A DNA stretch of 64,000 nucleotides from Candidatus Competibacter sp. (GTDB lineage Bacteria > Pseudomonadota > Gammaproteobacteria > Competibacterales > Competibacteraceae), in NCBI GenBank assembly GCA_037045685.1, contig JBAOII010000036.1:18317-82316 (forward strand), given 5' to 3'. The position numbers and the translations under genes are program-made. Positions within the stretch are counted from its first letter, which is position 1. Each line of letters opens with the position of its first letter. Positions 59,687 to 64,000 of the stretch are shown here, one piece after another. The notes beneath the pieces are model-generated. The model was not told the origin of the DNA. It worked only from the letters and a program-made list of their open reading frames with translations, and made no database searches.

Positions 59687-60159
59687 AATCGATCATCGAA
59701 ATCGCCGAGGGATTGCTGAGGGGTGATTGGACTCCCGCTTTCGCTTCCCGAGGGCGAATTGGAAGAAGCGGGGATTGACGCGGCGACAAAGGATTGACTC
59801 GGCGGGGAGCTTGGCTCGCCAAAATATTGGCATCTCCGCCGATGAGCCGCGCCGTCGCCCGAGATCGTCGGATCCGGATGCTCGCTTCGGGCTACCTGTC
59901 TGGCCCGGAGCGGGTGAAAGGGTGCCGCCAAGCTGTGAGAGCAGTGGCGAGAGCGACTTGTTATCTCTGATTTTAAAAGTTATTTACCCGTTTCACTGCC
60001 ACGGTGCCAGCCGCGCCGCGCCGGTGCCCGAAGAGTGAATGTGACAATTGCGCCCGAACAGCCCGGCCAGTTGGTATCAATGTTGCTTCTTTCACGCCGA
60101 CGCCGATCCTGGTCGGTCGGGGCGGCACCATTCCCTAATCCGGAGCGAGCGAACATCCC

Positions 60160-60744
60160 ATGAAAATCGGCAACTATATGAATTTTATTAAAGATAATAG
60201 GAGCGATCCGAGCGAGCGTCGCTTGGATCGGCTCGAAAAGCGGCGGGACCGCTGGGATCAAACTTTTGACAGGATGCAGCAGCAAGCGATCAAGGATGGC
60301 GATTCTGAAAAAGCCCAGCAAATCTTCGAGATGTCGGAAATGATGGAAGATAAGCTGGACACGAGGCTAGATAAGCTGGAAGAAAAAACCGGTTCGTTTA
60401 GCTGGGATCGCCATCTCGACAATGCTTTCGACGAGTTGCAAGCCAAGGCTTATGAAGGCGATGACCCCGAGATGGCGGAAAGCATTTTCGGCTTGTCCCA
60501 GGTGGTCAAGGGAGGCAAATTCGATTCCTCGAAGCAATTGCTGCTGCAAAAACTGCTGTCGGATTCCGATGCCAAACCCAGCATGATAGCGGCGCTCAGC
60601 AGCGGCTCGGACGAGACGGGTTGGGCTAGCTATTTGAAGGCGTCCACCCAAAAAACCGCCGCGACCGAAACCACGGCCTCAAACACCTCCACGACGGCTG
60701 GAACTACCGCCAATACCGCGACCGGCGGCGTGAAGACCAGTTAA
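60160..60744 (+). CDS. Hypothetical protein (charged helical N-terminal part, Thr/Ala-rich tail)
   Basis: 194 aa with lower GC than the surroundings. I recognise no family. The tail is ...TAATETTASNTSTTAGTTANTATGG. Confidence 0.5.
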   Translation: MKIGNYMNFIKDNRSDPSERRLDRLEKRRDRWDQTFDRMQQQAIKDGDSEKAQQIFEMSEMMEDKLDTRLDKLEEKTGSFSWDRHLDNAFDELQAKAYEGDDPEMAESIFGLSQVVKGGKFDSSKQLLLQKLLSDSDAKPSMIAALSSGSDETGWASYLKASTQKTAATETTASNTSTTAGTTANTATGGVKTS

Positions 60745-61415
60745 AAGGCGCGAGGGCTTGACACGGGACCGCGCGATTGATTTTTCATCGGTCCGATGCG
60801 CGATAAAGCGATAGTTTATCAGGTGGCTGTTCTCTCGGTAAGTATAAGGGAACGTTAAAATATTATGGCATTTTATCGGGTTTTTTATCAGTCGATATTA
60901 TTGTTTGCGACCGCTTACCGGTAATTTTTATGTACTGATCACCAGTGAGCGGTTTTTCACTTGATAGAAGGCTTCGAAATGCGTGCGTGCCTCGCTGGCA
61001 CGCACGATTCTTCCTAAACGCATTGCGTGGAAAGCATATGGATTCCACCGCGATCAGGTTTTTCCGATTTTTTATTGCGGATTTTATTGGGAGCCTGCCC
61101 AGAAATTTCCCTCTCCATTGCATGAGAGAGGGGTCTGGGTGAGGTAGTCCCCTGGTTTTAATTCTTCTTTCTCCCGGAGGAGAGAGAATCGGGGGAGAAA
61201 CTTTAACTTTTGAGATTTTTTCTATATTTTCATAATTTTATTTTTCTTAAATAGGCGCTTGAAATTCGGCATCGGGGGGGTTCGTCGATAGCTCGGTATC
61301 GTGATGCCAGCATAGGCGGATACCAAGTTATTAAAGGGTTTATGGATTTCGGTCTGAGCGGTAAGCGCGAAAAGCGAGAATCCAGAAGCCAGAATAATTA
61401 TGCCAGAGGTGGAAC

Positions 61416-63500
61416 ATGGAGAATGGGTCTGTTTTAGCGCGTATCAGCACTGCCAAGCGACTGTGGTTGCTGTCGGGAATTTTTATTCTGGGGATCGTGG
61501 GCATGGCGAGCCGCGATCTGAGCGATTTCAGAACTCAATTGTTCCAGGATCGCGCCGTCGCCACGCAACAATTGGCCGAATCTGCGCACAGCATTTTGGT
61601 TCGCTATCACGCCTTGGCCGCCAGCGGCAAGCTGAGCGAGGATGCCGCCAAACAAGCGGCGCTGGAAACCATCAAGAACCTGCGCTACGGCGAAAAGGAC
61701 TATTTCTGGGTCAACGACATGCATCCGAGAATGGTGATGCATCCGTTCAAGCCAGACCTGGACGGCAAGGATTTGCGGGATTTTAAAGACCCGGCCGGCA
61801 AGCATTTGTTCGTCGAGATGGTGGAAACCGTCAAAAAGGATGGCGCGGGATTGGTGCCGTATCTGTGGCCGAAACCGGGTGCAGAACAGCCCGTTTCTAA
61901 GGTTTCTTACGTCAAGGAATTCAAGCCTTGGGGCTGGATCGTCGGCACCGGCATCTACGTGGACGATGTCGATCGGTTGTTCAAGGAACAGCTTTTGAAA
62001 AACGGCGGCTTGAGCGTGGGGCTGATTCTCGTGTTGGCGATTATTGGCTATTGGATAACCCGCAGCATCGTTCGACCGATCAACGCGGCTGTCGCGGTGG
62101 CAGGTCGAATCGCCGAAGGGGATCTGAAAACCGATATCGTGGTGGCCGGCCGCGATGAACTCGCCCGCTTGCTGAGCGCCATGCGGGAAATGTCCGCGAA
62201 ACTCGGCGAGATTGTGGCGAGCGCGATGAACTCGTCCCGGCAAATGACGGCGGCGGCGGGCGCGCTGGCCCAGGACAGCGTCGATCTTTCGCGGCGCACC
62301 GAGCAGCAAGCCACGGCGCTGGAAGAAACCGCTTCCGCGATGGAAGAGTTGACCGGGACGGTCAAGCAAAGCGCCGACAACGCCGAGCGCGCCAGCCGGT
62401 TGGCGATCACCACCCGCAGCCAGGCCGAACAGGGCGGGCAGGCGGTGGAACGGACGATGGCCGCGATGAGCGCGATCCACCAGAGCAGCAAGAAAATCGC
62501 CGACATCATCGGGGTGATCGACGAGATCGCCTTCCAGACCAACCTGCTGGCGCTGAACGCGGCGGTGGAAGCTGCGCGGGCGGGCGAGCAGGGGCGGGGT
62601 TTCGCCGTGGTCGCGGGCGAGGTGCGCAAGCTGGCCCAGCGCAGCGCGGATGCCGCCAAGGAGATCAAGGCGCTGATCGGCGACAGCGTGGCCAAGGTCG
62701 ATGACGGCGGCAAGCTGGTCGAACAGTCCGGTCACACCCTCAAAGACATCGTGACCGCCATCAAGCAGGTCAGCGACATCGTCGCCGAGATGGCCGCTAC
62801 CGCCCGCGAGCAGGCCGGCGGTATCGAGCAGACCAGCAAGGCGATTTCGCAGATGGATCAGGTCACCCAGCAAAACGTCGCCCTGGCCGAGCAGGCCGCC
62901 GCCGCCAGCGAAGCCATGAGCGAGCAGGCCGGCGAGCTTCAGCGGGTGATGGAGTTTTTCAAGACGTACGACACCGGGCGGGACTCGGCAACCGACGCGG
63001 CCGCTTGGTCCGGCCGAGAAAGCGCGGGCGACAAACCCGCTCTGGTCGTCTGGACCGATGCGCTGAGCGTGAACGACCCCGAAATCGACCAGCAGCACCG
63101 GCAGTTGATCGACATCATCAATTCGCTCCACGCAGCCATGGTCGCGGGTAAAGCCAAGCAGGTGATCGGCGATCTGACCGACCGCTGGATGGAATACACC
63201 GTTCGCCATTTTCAATATGAGGAAAAGCGCATGGCGGCGTGCGGCTATCCCGATCTTGAAAACCATCGACGGCAGCACGCCAAAATGGCGCAACGAGTGC
63301 GGGATATCAAAGAAAAAGCGAATAGCGGTCAAGGTTTGGTGGAGTTGGAAGCGAGAAAAATTCTCAAGGCATGGCTCACCGAGCATATTAAGGGTAGCGA
63401 CAAACAATATGTGCCTTACCTGGAAAAAGGCCGCTCCGGGAATAAGCCGGCGTCTCGTTTGAGTCGCGGCGTGGATGAAGCCGCCATCGCGCCCGTTTAA
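61416..63500 (+). CDS. Methyl-accepting chemotaxis protein with C-terminal hemerythrin-like domain (sCache_2, HAMP, MA, hemerythrin)
   Basis: 694 aa. sCache_2 is YGEKDYFWVNDMHPRMVMHP...YLWPKPGAEQPVSKVSYVKEFKPWGWIVGTGIYVDD. HAMP is RPINAAVAVAGRIAEGDL...DELARLLSAMREM. The MA hairpin is IAFQTNLLALNAAVEAARAGEQGRGFAVVAGEVRKLA. The C-terminus has di-iron ligand motifs IDQQH, HFQYEE, HRRQH and HIKGSD. Confidence 0.9.
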   Translation: MENGSVLARISTAKRLWLLSGIFILGIVGMASRDLSDFRTQLFQDRAVATQQLAESAHSILVRYHALAASGKLSEDAAKQAALETIKNLRYGEKDYFWVNDMHPRMVMHPFKPDLDGKDLRDFKDPAGKHLFVEMVETVKKDGAGLVPYLWPKPGAEQPVSKVSYVKEFKPWGWIVGTGIYVDDVDRLFKEQLLKNGGLSVGLILVLAIIGYWITRSIVRPINAAVAVAGRIAEGDLKTDIVVAGRDELARLLSAMREMSAKLGEIVASAMNSSRQMTAAAGALAQDSVDLSRRTEQQATALEETASAMEELTGTVKQSADNAERASRLAITTRSQAEQGGQAVERTMAAMSAIHQSSKKIADIIGVIDEIAFQTNLLALNAAVEAARAGEQGRGFAVVAGEVRKLAQRSADAAKEIKALIGDSVAKVDDGGKLVEQSGHTLKDIVTAIKQVSDIVAEMAATAREQAGGIEQTSKAISQMDQVTQQNVALAEQAAAASEAMSEQAGELQRVMEFFKTYDTGRDSATDAAAWSGRESAGDKPALVVWTDALSVNDPEIDQQHRQLIDIINSLHAAMVAGKAKQVIGDLTDRWMEYTVRHFQYEEKRMAACGYPDLENHRRQHAKMAQRVRDIKEKANSGQGLVELEARKILKAWLTEHIKGSDKQYVPYLEKGRSGNKPASRLSRGVDEAAIAPV

Positions 63501-63571
63501 ATGGCGAATGTGTTGGGATGAAAGCGAACCGTTAATCTCTAAACCTCGCATTTGAAAAGGAAAAGTTATCA

Positions 63572-64000
63572 ATGAGTGGCAATGAGAAAAGAAAAGCATT
63601 CCGGATGAACATTCGCCTGAAGATTTTGCTGGGCTTTTTTGCGGTGCTGCTGATCCTGCTGGCGCTGGGGGGCACGGCGGTGTTCAACCTCAGCAGCATC
63701 CGCGCCGAATTCGACGGGCTGGTGGAGGCGACCCAGGTCGAGCGCTTCGCCTACCGGACGATCGAGGAGGAAAAGAACTACCTGCTGGATGAAAAGGAGG
63801 AAAGCCGCGCCAGCGCCATGAAGAACATCGACACCATCGTGGCCGCGCTGGACGCCATCGACAAGACTTCGCACGACCCGGCGCTGCTGCAACGCTCGAA
63901 GGAGGCGCGGGCGGCGACGCTGGACTACCGCAAGGGCTACGAAAACGGGGTGGCGGCGCTGAAGGCCAACAAGGAAGCGGTCAAGACCATGAACGAGCAG
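63572..64000 (+). CDS. N-terminal part of a membrane sensor/MCP (four-helix-bundle or CHASE3-like periplasmic domain), truncated by the window end
   Basis: The frame is open from ATG 63572 to the window end. It has a TM helix (ILLGFFAVLLILLALGGTAVF) followed by a helical domain (...ERFAYRTIEEEKNYLLDEKEE...). An alternative ATG lies at 63605. Confidence 0.6.
   Translation, partial: MSGNEKRKAFRMNIRLKILLGFFAVLLILLALGGTAVFNLSSIRAEFDGLVEATQVERFAYRTIEEEKNYLLDEKEESRASAMKNIDTIVAALDAIDKTSHDPALLQRSKEARAATLDYRKGYENGVAALKANKEAVKTMNEQ

Noticed and set aside
59819-59845. CAAA-N14-GCCGATGA as a sigma-28 promoter on the plus strand
   Set aside because: The -35 element and the spacing are both off consensus, and it lies ~315 nt from the nearest downstream start (60160). 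This is too weak to call.
60982-61006. TGGCAC inside the GC hairpin as a sigma-54 -24 element
   Set aside because: The sequence at the -12 position is ATTC and not TTGC/GC. The match is a by-product of the palindrome.

Overview
GC-rich flagellar and chemotaxis supercluster, probably gammaproteobacterial, with a Pseudomonas/Vibrio-type polar-flagellum regulon (FleQ, FleN, FlhF, FliA, MotCD). Layout, left to right: (1) flgK' and flgL. (2) A ~15 kb sugar-biosynthesis and glycosyltransferase island at the flgL-fliC position, where Pseudomonas flagellin glycosylation islands sit. It encodes an ascarylose-type CDP-3,6-dideoxyhexose pathway, an AT-richer cassette (FkbM methyltransferase, SPASM radical-SAM, B12 radical-SAM), a GT1, a second FkbM, a 1247-aa multidomain GT and a TPR protein. 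(3) fliC-flaG-fliD-fliS-fliT-like, a PilZ-like ORF and fleQ. (4) fliEFGHIJK on the + strand. fliK needs a +1 frameshift to reach its conserved C-terminal domain. (5) A convergent minus-strand block: fliLMNOPQR-flhBA-flhF-fleN-fliA-motCD-DUF2802. (6) A hybrid sensor kinase preceded by two tandem paralogous membrane proteins. (7) A minus-strand che operon: cheA (two CheW-like domains), cheW, mcp, cheY, cheB, cheR, cheX, cheY and a CheX-like ORF. (8) A hypothetical ORF, an MCP fused to a hemerythrin domain, and the start of another sensor/MCP. I saw no rRNA, tRNA, CRISPR or IS/transposase genes. Many long ORFs in the track are antisense or off-frame artefacts of high GC. The items most worth a second look are the dideoxyhexose plus radical-SAM glycosylation island, the fliK frameshift, an apparent compensated double frameshift in the HAMP of the che-operon MCP, the repeat array upstream of fleQ, and the tandem membrane-protein pair upstream of the hybrid kinase.
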